From NCBI GenBank assembly GCA_027019325.1, contig JALUWT010000018.1:1296-65295 (forward strand): DNA of 64,000 nt, read 5' to 3'. Position 1 is the first letter of the stretch; each line of letters opens with the position of its first letter. Under the pieces are notes generated by a model. It was not told the DNA's origin and made no database searches. It was given only the letters and a program-made list of their open reading frames with translations. This document shows positions 55,249-64,000 of this stretch, in pieces. Source of the stretch: Sulfurimonas sp. GTDB taxonomy: Bacteria; Campylobacterota; Campylobacteria; Campylobacterales; Sulfurimonadaceae. A program made the position numbers and the translations under genes.

Positions 55249-56714
55249 TGTATCATTATGATGTCATCATTGTAGGGGCAGGTGTTGCAGGACTATACGC
55301 TGCGATGAAACTCCCACGCGATAAAAAGGTACTGCTGATTAATAAGCGTCAGACCTTTAAATGTAACACTTTTTATGCACAAGGTGGTGTAGCACTTGCC
55401 CGTGATGCAGCAGACATTCCATCACACATACAAGATACGCTTGCTGCAGGAGATGGTTTGTGCGACACGGATGCTGTAGAACTTTTAAGTGAGCATTCCC
55501 GTGGGGCTATTGATGATTTGATAGAAAATGGTTTTGAGTTTGATAGAGATGATGAGGGCAATTTGCTCTACACCAAAGAGGCTGCTCATTCGTGTGAGCG
55601 TATCTTACATGCAGGGGGTGATGCGACAGGACGTTATCTGCACCATTTTTTGCTTGCACATAATCCTCACGCAATGCTCAGCGATGCCCGTGTGGTTGAT
55701 CTGCTCATAGAAGATGGAGCGTGCTATGGGGTAACAGTACTTGATCACCGTAAAAGTTATAATCTCTATGCCAAAGAGGTCATCATCGCAAGCGGCGGTG
55801 TCGGTTCACTCTATGAGTACCATACAAATGCACCGTGCATTAGTGCGGATATGCAGGGACTCTGTATGCTCAAAGGCATTGCTCTTGAGAGAATGGAGAT
55901 GCTGCAGTTTCATCCAACTGTTTTTGTCAATGCCAGCGGTGCGCAGAAGATGCTTTTAACGGAAGCTTTGCGAGGAGAGGGTGCAACGATTGAAGATGAA
56001 AATGGCAAACGTTTTTTATTTGATTATGATGCGAGAGGAGAGTTGGCTTCCCGTGACATAGTCTCTAAATCTATTTTTAAATATAAGAAAAAAAGTGGTC
56101 TGCAGGTGTATCTGAACCTTGAAAATTTTGAAGAGGAGTATTTTGGGCACAGATTTCCAAATATCTATAAAAATTTACGTGCACTGGGCTATAAAGTGCC
56201 AAAGGACAGAGTGCCCATTTCGCCTGCATTTCATTATGCCATTGGAGGGATTAAAACAGACCTGCATGCACGCGTACCTAATGTCGAAAATCTCTATGCG
56301 ATTGGGGAAGTGGCCTCAACACGAGTCCATGGTGCAAACAGACTTGCATCAAACTCTCTTTTAGAAGGTCTGGTCTTTGCAAAAGTTGCAGTCGATGATA
56401 TCTTGAGTAATAAGAGAGAAAAAAAGTATAGAGAATTTCCTGTAAGTGATGAGGTAATGAGTTATAAAGAAGACAAAGCGAAAAAAAATCAGCTTCGTCA
56501 TATAATGTGGGAAAATGTGTCAATAATTCGGACAAAAAGTGGACTAAATGATGCTTTGGAGACAATTAATGCGCTTTTAAATGAAAAAATTGGTAAACTA
56601 CTAAAATTTCGTTTGCTTACGGCAAGAGAGATAGTTATATCGGCGTTAAACAGAAGTGAATCGATAGGGGTTCACACAATACAAGAGGAGAATGAATGGA
56701 ACATGGAGCGATAA
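55248..56714 (+). CDS. nadB: L-aspartate oxidase
   Basis: GAGVAG, YAQGG, EAAHS..RILH, QFHPT, TEALRGEG and HGANRLASNSLLE; start at 55248 or 55239. Confidence 0.94.
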   Translation: MYHYDVIIVGAGVAGLYAAMKLPRDKKVLLINKRQTFKCNTFYAQGGVALARDAADIPSHIQDTLAAGDGLCDTDAVELLSEHSRGAIDDLIENGFEFDRDDEGNLLYTKEAAHSCERILHAGGDATGRYLHHFLLAHNPHAMLSDARVVDLLIEDGACYGVTVLDHRKSYNLYAKEVIIASGGVGSLYEYHTNAPCISADMQGLCMLKGIALERMEMLQFHPTVFVNASGAQKMLLTEALRGEGATIEDENGKRFLFDYDARGELASRDIVSKSIFKYKKKSGLQVYLNLENFEEEYFGHRFPNIYKNLRALGYKVPKDRVPISPAFHYAIGGIKTDLHARVPNVENLYAIGEVASTRVHGANRLASNSLLEGLVFAKVAVDDILSNKREKKYREFPVSDEVMSYKEDKAKKNQLRHIMWENVSIIRTKSGLNDALETINALLNEKIGKLLKFRLLTAREIVISALNRSESIGVHTIQEENEWNMER

Positions 56715-58003
56715 ATCTTGCTACAACATGGGTGGGATGGGCAAGTTTAGCTGTCTTTGTTATAGCATACTATTTTATAGCAACAGAAGAGAAATACGAG
56801 ATTAATAAAGCAAAACCGGCACTTTTTGCCGGTACGTTTATGTTTATGCTTGTAGGTGTTTATTATGCAATCAATGGACTCAATCCTGACCCTTTGCATG
56901 ATGAATTAGAACATCTAATATTAGAAATATCAGAGATTTTCTTCTTCTTACTTGTCGCGATGACATTTATAGAGACTCTTTTAGAGCGTGGTGTTTTTGA
57001 CTTGATGAAGTATAAACTTGTTTCAAAAGGCTACAGCTATAAAAAACTCTTTTGGCTGACAGGATTTTTGGCATTTTTTATCTCTCCAGTTGCTGACAAC
57101 TTGACAACAGCACTTATTTTATCGACAGTTCTTTTTACTATTGATAAGAAAAATATCTCCTTTTTGGTACCAGGTGCAATCAACATTGTTGTTGCTGCAA
57201 ATGCCGGCGGTGCATGGTCCCCGTTTGGTGATATCACAACGCTTATGGCATGGACTGCTGAGAAAGGTGCATTTGTTGACTTTCTTTATCTTTTCCCTGC
57301 TTCATTTTTAGGTTGGATAGTTACAGCATTTTTACTCAGTATGTCAGTTCCAAAAGGAGAGCCTGCTTTTGATGCTGCAACTGAGAAAAAACCAGTTGTT
57401 CTTGATGGTGGTATGACAGTTGCATATTTAGGTGTGCTTACTATTGTTATTGCAGTTCTTGGGCATACATTTTTCCATTTTCCTGCTATGTGGGGTATGA
57501 TGTTTGGTATGGCTATACTTAAACTGTACGCTTTCCAACTCAAACGAAGAGGGAAAAACAGTTTCAATATCTATGTAAACATGGAAAAAGTTGAAAACGA
57601 TACGCTTCTTTTCTTCTTTGGTATTCTTTCTGCTGTCGGTGCATTGCACTTTTTAGGCTTTTTGGAATACGTACACGAAGTCTACGGTATGGTTGGTTCA
57701 ACTGCAGCGAATGTTGGCGTCGGTTTCCTCTCTGCTGTGGTAGATAATGTACCTGTCATGTCAGCAATCTTAAAAGCATCTCCAAATATGGATATTGCAC
57801 AGTGGATGCTAGTTACAATGACTGCCGGTATTGGTGGAAGTCTGATCTCTTTTGGTTCAGCTGCCGGTGTAGGGGTAATGGGTAAACTCCGTGGTATCTA
57901 CACTTTTGGTTCTCATATGAAACATGCATGGACTATTTTAGTCGGTTATTTGCTCTCTATCTCAATCTGGTATGTACAGTTCGAAATTATGGGACTCTAT
58001 TAA
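56696..58003 (+). CDS. nhaD: Na+/H+ antiporter NhaD
   Basis: SPVADNLTTAL, NAGGAWSPFGDITT, SAVVDNVP and GSAAGV. Confidence 0.92.
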   Translation: MEHGAINLATTWVGWASLAVFVIAYYFIATEEKYEINKAKPALFAGTFMFMLVGVYYAINGLNPDPLHDELEHLILEISEIFFFLLVAMTFIETLLERGVFDLMKYKLVSKGYSYKKLFWLTGFLAFFISPVADNLTTALILSTVLFTIDKKNISFLVPGAINIVVAANAGGAWSPFGDITTLMAWTAEKGAFVDFLYLFPASFLGWIVTAFLLSMSVPKGEPAFDAATEKKPVVLDGGMTVAYLGVLTIVIAVLGHTFFHFPAMWGMMFGMAILKLYAFQLKRRGKNSFNIYVNMEKVENDTLLFFFGILSAVGALHFLGFLEYVHEVYGMVGSTAANVGVGFLSAVVDNVPVMSAILKASPNMDIAQWMLVTMTAGIGGSLISFGSAAGVGVMGKLRGIYTFGSHMKHAWTILVGYLLSISIWYVQFEIMGLY

Positions 58004-58014
58004 AAACCATTTTG

Positions 58015-58041
58015 AAGTCTGGAATTTTATTCCGGACTTTT
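58015..58041 (+). terminator. Intrinsic terminator after nhaD
   Basis: AAGTCTGGAA...TTCCGGACTT stem followed by T residues. Confidence 0.65.
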
Positions 58042-58125
58042 ATCTTCTATAACAAATCAAAGATTAATCTTATTTATTGTATCCTTTCGTAATTAACTTT
58101 TCCTACATTTTTTAAAGGTTCATAT

Positions 58126-59676
58126 ATGACAAATGTTAGCATCATCGTTCTCGATTTTGGTTCTCAGTACACACAACTTATAGCCCGCCGTCTGCGTGAA
58201 GATAAAATTTATTGTGAGATTCTTCCTTACCATACAAAAGTAGAAGATATACAAGCAAAGAATCCTCAAGGTATCATTCTCTCCGGAGGTCCCTCTTCTG
58301 TTTACAGTGACAATGCTTATGAAGTAGATCAGGGTGTTTATGGAATGGGTCTGCCTATTCTTGGTATCTGTTATGGCATGCAGAGAATTGCAGTTGACTT
58401 AGGCGGAAGTGTTATCCGTTCAGATCACCATGAATACGGTAAAGCAGAGCTTGAGATTTCAGGTTATTCAGATAAAGTCTCTCCACTTTTTAGTGATTGT
58501 GACAATAACCGTATTGTTTGGATGAGTCACTCTGATAGAGTTGAAACATTGCCAAAAGGTTTTAAAGTTATAGCAACTTCAGCAAACTCTCCATACGCAG
58601 CAATTGCAAATGATGAGAAGCGTGTCTATGCTATGCAGTTTCATCCGGAAGTTCAGCACTCTGAAGAGGGTTACTTGATGCTTCGTAATTTTGCGAAAAA
58701 CATCTGTGGTGTTACAGAAAAATGGAAGATGGAGCACTTCTTAAAACAGCAGATAGACGCTATCCGTGAAAAAGTCGGTGACGGCAAAGTCCTTTGTGGA
58801 CTGAGCGGTGGTGTTGACAGTTCTGTTGTTGCCGCTATGCTCTATGAAGCAATCGGTGATCAGCTTGTTCCGGTATTTGTTGATAATGGTCTTTTACGTA
58901 AAGGGGAACGCGAGCAGGTAGAACAGGTTTTTAAAGTAAATCTCAAAGTGCCTCTGGTTGTTGTGGATGCAAGAGAGAACTTTTTGTCTAAACTTATAGA
59001 TGTGAGTGACCCTGAGAAAAAACGTAAAATCATTGGGCACACTTTCATCGAAGAGTTCGAAAAAGAGGCGAAAAAACATGATGGTATTAAGTTTCTCGCA
59101 CAAGGAACACTCTATCCTGATGTTATCGAGTCTATCTCTGTAAACGGACCATCAGAAGTTATTAAATCACATCATAATGTCGGCGGACTTCCTGATTGGA
59201 TGGATTTTGAACTTATTGAGCCTCTGCGTGAGCTTTTTAAGGATGAAGTACGTAAAATAGGTCTTGAGCTTGGACTTCCGGCATCTATGGTAAACCGTCA
59301 TCCATTCCCTGGTCCAGGACTTGCAATTCGCATCATGGGTGATGTAAATCCGGCAGATTTAGACCTCTTGCGTGAGGCAGATGTGATTCTTCTTGATGAG
59401 TTAAAAGCGAGTGGATACTATGCCAAAACATGGCAGGCATTTGCAGTACTTTTAAATGTAAAATCAGTAGGTGTCATGGGTGATAACCGTACGTATGACA
59501 ATACAGTCTGCGTGAGAGTTGTTGAGGCTGTTGATGGAATGACAGCAACATTTGCGCATCTTCCGCATGACCTTTTAGAGAGAATTTCACGAAGAATTAT
59601 TAATGAAGTCGATGGTATTAATCGTGTAGTTTACGATATATCAAGTAAGCCACCAGCAACAATCGAATGGGAATAA
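58126..59676 (+). CDS. guaA: GMP synthase (glutamine-hydrolysing)
   Basis: LDFGSQY, GICYGMQ, QFHPEV, SGGVDS and KPPATIEWE. Confidence 0.98.
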   Translation: MTNVSIIVLDFGSQYTQLIARRLREDKIYCEILPYHTKVEDIQAKNPQGIILSGGPSSVYSDNAYEVDQGVYGMGLPILGICYGMQRIAVDLGGSVIRSDHHEYGKAELEISGYSDKVSPLFSDCDNNRIVWMSHSDRVETLPKGFKVIATSANSPYAAIANDEKRVYAMQFHPEVQHSEEGYLMLRNFAKNICGVTEKWKMEHFLKQQIDAIREKVGDGKVLCGLSGGVDSSVVAAMLYEAIGDQLVPVFVDNGLLRKGEREQVEQVFKVNLKVPLVVVDARENFLSKLIDVSDPEKKRKIIGHTFIEEFEKEAKKHDGIKFLAQGTLYPDVIESISVNGPSEVIKSHHNVGGLPDWMDFELIEPLRELFKDEVRKIGLELGLPASMVNRHPFPGPGLAIRIMGDVNPADLDLLREADVILLDELKASGYYAKTWQAFAVLLNVKSVGVMGDNRTYDNTVCVRVVEAVDGMTATFAHLPHDLLERISRRIINEVDGINRVVYDISSKPPATIEWE

Positions 59677-59691
59677 GCGAGAGCTTATCCC

Positions 59692-60327
59692 ATGCGCTCA
59701 ATCTATCTTTTCTCTATCTCTTCACATCCCGATGCTATCAGCATTAATTCACTAGATATTACTTTTTTAAAACCTGAGATTGATTTTTCAAAGTATGACA
59801 CTTTGATTATTACTTCCAAACAAGCTTCTAAAGCACTCACGCAGTATGAAAAAGAGTCTTATATTCATTTGCCGGCTCTGTGTGTTTCTGTGGCAAGTGC
59901 AAAATCTTATGAGGAACTTGGTGGAAAAATTTTAGATATTGGCGGAGGCTATGGTGACAACCTTCTTGCAAAGATAAAATCCTACCCAAAAAAGAAAAAA
60001 TGGCTCTACCTGCGTGCAAAAGTTGTTGCTTCTGATTTTGTATCGCTCTGTCAAAAAGAGGGCTACGATGTTGATGAAGTGGTTGTATATGAGAGTGACT
60101 GTTCCCAAGCAATTGCCGAAGCAGAGGTAGAAAAAAATGCGATTCTCATCTTCACTTCGCCCTCAAGTGTAAACTGTTATTTGAAAAATCACACTTTCAC
60201 GCAGGAACAAAGTATTATCGTTATAGGAAAAACAACGGCAAAAACAGTTCCTGATGGAGTAAATTATCTATTATCCGATAAAACAAGTATACAAAGCTGT
60301 ATAGAAATAGCAAAAGCGCTCTTTTAA
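59692..60327 (+). CDS. hemD: Uroporphyrinogen-III synthase
   Basis: IITSKQA, VVYES, FTSPSSV and IGKTTA. Confidence 0.85.
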   Translation: MRSIYLFSISSHPDAISINSLDITFLKPEIDFSKYDTLIITSKQASKALTQYEKESYIHLPALCVSVASAKSYEELGGKILDIGGGYGDNLLAKIKSYPKKKKWLYLRAKVVASDFVSLCQKEGYDVDEVVVYESDCSQAIAEAEVEKNAILIFTSPSSVNCYLKNHTFTQEQSIIVIGKTTAKTVPDGVNYLLSDKTSIQSCIEIAKALF

Positions 60328-60376
60328 AGCGTGCTCTAAAATAAATACAAGTAAATATGCTGTATAATAACTCTGT

Positions 60377-60575
60377 TAGTCTGAGTAGTACGTGTCAGCA
60401 CGTATATGAGGGTTCTACATATTCATAATGTGAACTAGTAGAGCTATCGTGTGCCGGTGGTCTCGCTTGAGGTATGTTAACTCTGCCGATGAGATTGTCG
60501 CCGTTAGATAGCCCTCTCTTCACCCAAATTCGGCTTTTTAGAACCAAGCCAATTGTGTGACGGCTACTCGGACTA
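60377..60575 (+). ncRNA. ssrS: 6S RNA
   Basis: About 200 nt; ends pair (TAGTCTGAGTAG / CTACTCGGACTA) as a long rod; TATAAT at 60363; upstream of purD as in Helicobacter/Campylobacter. Confidence 0.8.
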
Positions 60576-60586
60576 CATACATACTG

Positions 60587-60632
60587 AAAAAGTTTACTTA
60601 CTCCACAATGGTGGGTTAAGTAAACTTTTTTT
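60587..60632 (+). terminator. Terminator after 6S RNA
   Basis: AAAAAGTTTACTTA...TAAGTAAACTTTTTTT. Confidence 0.75.
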
Positions 60633-60649
60633 ATTTATATGGAGATTTT

Positions 60650-61915
60650 ATGAAGATATTGATACTTGGCAGTGGTGGCCGTGAATACTCAATAGGACTG
60701 GCAATTGCAAATGAAGCTGCAGACCATGAGCTCTTTTTTCAACCAGGAAACGGTGCTACAGATGCACTTGGCACAAACATTGATATCAAAGATTATAATG
60801 AACTTGCTGCTTTTGCCAAAGAGAATGCAATAGATCTTACTATTGTAGGGCCTGAAGCTCCTCTTGTGGACGGTGTTGTTGATATTTTTAAAGCAAACGG
60901 GCTTACAATTTTTGGACCAAGCAAAGAAGCTGCTCAGCTTGAAGGCTCAAAAGTCTATATGAAAAACTTTTTGGCTAAGTATAATATTCCAACTGCTGCG
61001 TACATAGAGAGTGATTCGATTGAAGAACTTTTTAAATTTACAAACAGTTTAAAGACGCCAATAGTTGTTAAAGCAGATGGACTGTGTGGTGGAAAAGGTG
61101 TTATTATTGCACAGAGCCATGATGAGGCAAAAAAAGCAATTTCAGAGATGCTTAGCGGTAAAAGTTTTGGAGATGCAGGAAAAAAAGTAATCGTTGAAGA
61201 GTTTTTAGACGGTTATGAGCTTTCTATGTTCGCTGTATGTGATGGTAAAGATTATATTTTACTACCTGCTGCACAGGATCATAAACGTATAGGTGACGGT
61301 GACACTGGACCAAACACTGGTGGTATGGGTGCTTATGCACCGACGCCGCTCGTAGATGAGGTACTGTATCAAAAAGTGCGTGACAGAATTATCCGTCCGA
61401 CACTTGATGGAATGCAGGCTGAGAATGCTCCGTTTGAGGGTGTGCTTTTTATCGGTATTATGGTTGTCAATGGAGAACCGATTACACTGGAGTTTAATGT
61501 CCGTTTTGGAGATCCTGAGTGTGAGATTTTAATGCCATTGATGACTTCTCCTGTGTCAGATATGTTCTACAAAGCTGCAACAGAGCGTTTGGGTGAGATA
61601 AAAGTAGAGTTTTCTGACCAATATGCTGTAGGTGTAGTTATAGCGAGTGGAAACTATCCTTATAGCGCATCAATACCGGCTGAGATAATTTTAGATGAAC
61701 TACATCATGAAGAGATTGCAAAATATACGCACATTTCGTATGCAGGCGTCACGAAAGAAGATGAAAAACTTATGGCGACAGGCGGTCGTGTTTTAGTCTG
61801 TGTTGGACTTGGTAATAGTATTAAAGAGGCACGAGACAGAGCTTACTTGCGTTGTGGTCAGGTGCATTTTGCCGGTAAAAAATTCCGTAATGATATAGCA
61901 TATCAGGCACTTTAG
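60650..61915 (+). CDS. purD: Phosphoribosylamine--glycine ligase
   Basis: [28 protein letters not shown] and [10 protein letters not shown]. Confidence 0.98.
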   Translation: MKILILGSGGREYSIGLAIANEAADHELFFQPGNGATDALGTNIDIKDYNELAAFAKENAIDLTIVGPEAPLVDGVVDIFKANGLTIFGPSKEAAQLEGSKVYMKNFLAKYNIPTAAYIESDSIEELFKFTNSLKTPIVVKADGLCGGKGVIIAQSHDEAKKAISEMLSGKSFGDAGKKVIVEEFLDGYELSMFAVCDGKDYILLPAAQDHKRIGDGDTGPNTGGMGAYAPTPLVDEVLYQKVRDRIIRPTLDGMQAENAPFEGVLFIGIMVVNGEPITLEFNVRFGDPECEILMPLMTSPVSDMFYKAATERLGEIKVEFSDQYAVGVVIASGNYPYSASIPAEIILDELHHEEIAKYTHISYAGVTKEDEKLMATGGRVLVCVGLGNSIKEARDRAYLRCGQVHFAGKKFRNDIAYQAL

Positions 61916-61926
61916 GATAGTTAATT

Positions 61927-62376
61927 TTGAATGAAGAGATAGAGAAGGTCTTACACCGTGAAGGTTTGGTACTAGCTGATATTAAAAAGCGTGCTATGGC
62001 CTTTTTTATAGATGAGATGCTACTCTCTTTTCTTCTTATCATCGCAATGTCAGACTCATTTTCCAATGCGAAAACTGTTGAAGAGATGATTATATTGACG
62101 AACAGTTTTTTGGGAGAGTATCTTTTGATGAAGATAGTCTATCAGACTTTTTTTGTGATGCAGTATGGGGCAACACTTGGTAAAATTGCTATGAAAATAC
62201 GTGTTATTGAGATAGCAACACTCCAAAATCCAAGTTTTGCAGTATCTTTAAATCGGGCAATTTTTCGTGTTATAAGTGAAATGCTTTTTTATCTTGGTTT
62301 TTTATGGGGTGTTATGGATCCGGCTCGTCAAACATGGCATGACAAAACAGCAAGAACTTTGGTAGTCAATGCTTAA
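61927..62376 (+). CDS. RDD family membrane protein
   Basis: KRAMAFFID, GATLGK..MKIRV and QTWHDK.A.T.VV. Confidence 0.9.
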   Translation: MNEEIEKVLHREGLVLADIKKRAMAFFIDEMLLSFLLIIAMSDSFSNAKTVEEMIILTNSFLGEYLLMKIVYQTFFVMQYGATLGKIAMKIRVIEIATLQNPSFAVSLNRAIFRVISEMLFYLGFLWGVMDPARQTWHDKTARTLVVNA

Positions 62377-64000
62377 ATATCTTCTGCTTCTCTCTTTTTT
62401 TACAACGCTTTATGCTAGTGACAAAGTAGAGATTTATGCTTCCAAGCTTACTTCTCAAAATAACATTATTAATGCAGCAGGCGGTGTCTCTGTCATCTAC
62501 AAAGATTATGTCATAACTGCAAACAGAGCACATTATGATAAAAAAACCGGAGAACTGGAACTCTTTGGCAACATTCGAGCAAACAGTGCAGGAAAATATA
62601 AGGTGCTTGGTAAATATGCGAGGCTTAACCTAGCTAAAAAAGAGAAACTTTTCCGCCCTTTTTATATGATAGATAATAAATCTGATGTCTGGATGAGCGG
62701 TGCCCAAGGCAAAGCAAATGATGCAAAGATAGACATAGGTTCAGGAGTGGTCAGCGGTTGTAACCCTATAGACCCGCTTTGGACAATGGAATTTTCTTCT
62801 TCGAACTATGACACAGATTCAATGTGGTTAAATATGTACAATATGCGATTATACATCTATGATATTCCCGTACTGTATACACCCTATTTTGGTTACTCTT
62901 TAGATACAACACGAAGAACAGGGCTTCTAAAACCTTCTGTTGGAATTTCCAATAATGAAGGTTTTTACTACCAACAACCAATCTATATTGCACAACAGAA
63001 CTGGTGGGATCTTGAACTCTTGCCACAGATACGGACAAGCCGGGGTTCTGGTCTCTATACTAACTTTCGCTTTATTGACTCAAAGGTTTCTCATGGCGAG
63101 ATTAGAATGGGGTACTTTAAAGAAAAACAAGCATATTTTGAAAAAAATAATTTGCAAAATAATTCTCATTATGGATTTAATATCAAATATGACAATCGAG
63201 ACTTCTTAAATCTCTGGAGCGGGCATGATTTTGCAGGGCAATCAGGATTGTATGTCGATATTAATCATATGAATGATGTTGGCTATATAAACTTGGCATC
63301 GAGCAATACAATAAATCAAACGACATCCAAACAGGTGCTCTCTCGTATTAATATGTTTTACAATACAGACAGTCAATATATAGGTAGTTATTTCAAATAT
63401 TACCAAGATTTGTCAATTGAAAATAATGATAACACACTGCAAAAACTGCCTACTTTGCAGTATCACTACTATCTTGACACACTTCTAAAAGATCATTTGC
63501 TCTACTCTTTGGATGTGAAAAGCAATAATATTCAGAGACAAATAAATAAAAAAGTCATACAAACAGATATTAATATACCTGTTACTTTGCAGACTTCACT
63601 TTTTGATGAATTTTTAAATATCTCTTATACTGCCAATCTGTATATGCAACATTCTGCATTCAGAGGGAAGGATATTAATTCGTCAACTGAGTATAGAGAT
63701 GGTTATTATGCAAGGAATTACCATACTTTTAAGGCAAGTACACAATTGACAAAAAGATATGAGAATGTCAGTCATGTCATAGACTTAAGTATTATTTATA
63801 ATAAATCTGCCTGGAATCAAGAGACGGGGTTTTATGCAGATGAATCGAATTACTGTTCCAACTTGGATAATCAAAGTAATCTTGATTATAAAAGCAGATG
63901 TGAATTTTATAATATTACAAATATAGATAATGCCGCACAGTTGCAGTTTACACAGTACCTTTATGATAAAGATGCAAAGCAGATACTCTATCAGAGACTT
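62369..64000 (+). CDS. lptD: LPS-assembly protein LptD (partial, runs off the window; absent from the ORF track)
   Basis: ATG overlapping the RDD stop; MLKYLLLLSFFTTLYASDKVEIYA..., SGC...PLW, IPVLYTPYF...RRTGLLKP; purD-RDD-lptD synteny. Confidence 0.85.
   Translation, partial: MLKYLLLLSFFTTLYASDKVEIYASKLTSQNNIINAAGGVSVIYKDYVITANRAHYDKKTGELELFGNIRANSAGKYKVLGKYARLNLAKKEKLFRPFYMIDNKSDVWMSGAQGKANDAKIDIGSGVVSGCNPIDPLWTMEFSSSNYDTDSMWLNMYNMRLYIYDIPVLYTPYFGYSLDTTRRTGLLKPSVGISNNEGFYYQQPIYIAQQNWWDLELLPQIRTSRGSGLYTNFRFIDSKVSHGEIRMGYFKEKQAYFEKNNLQNNSHYGFNIKYDNRDFLNLWSGHDFAGQSGLYVDINHMNDVGYINLASSNTINQTTSKQVLSRINMFYNTDSQYIGSYFKYYQDLSIENNDNTLQKLPTLQYHYYLDTLLKDHLLYSLDVKSNNIQRQINKKVIQTDINIPVTLQTSLFDEFLNISYTANLYMQHSAFRGKDINSSTEYRDGYYARNYHTFKASTQLTKRYENVSHVIDLSIIYNKSAWNQETGFYADESNYCSNLDNQSNLDYKSRCEFYNITNIDNAAQLQFTQYLYDKDAKQILYQRL

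Noticed and set aside
58004-58125. Purine riboswitch upstream of guaA
   Set aside because: Only a terminator hairpin and AT-rich sequence are present; no aptamer consensus.
1-64000. CRISPR arrays, rRNA genes, long poly-G phase-variation tracts and the many short antisense ORFs in the track
   Set aside because: No regularly spaced repeats, rRNA or long G/C runs were seen; the short ORFs overlap well-supported genes and look like shadow frames.

Overview
AT-rich chromosomal window from a Campylobacterota (Epsilonproteobacteria) genome, most likely Sulfurimonas-like. This is inferred from gene order (nuoA-N then pflA; cheZ-U32-purE-DUF3972-glyQ; 6S RNA-purD-RDD-lptD) and TGn-TATAAT promoters. 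Most of the window is core housekeeping. Five parts stand out. (1) A complex I operon whose input module is NuoX, a NuoF-FeS/GltD-type flavoprotein and two full-length NuoG paralogues. (2) A stand-alone cassette of three minor pilins and a 1288-aa tip adhesin with about 27 bacterial N-glycosylation sequons, none of them in its N-terminal head domain. (3) A decayed toxin-antitoxin/IS region around tRNA-Phe that still holds an apparently intact, unannotated ~85-nt sRNA gene. (4) A PAS + double-Hpt + NIT hybrid kinase + single-domain receiver phosphorelay. (5) Several small unannotated elements: a structured nuo leader, a hairpin element inside the nuo operon, a 35-aa membrane peptide gene and a leaderless dciA-like/uvrC transcript. 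All assignments come from motif recognition by eye; no database searches were run.
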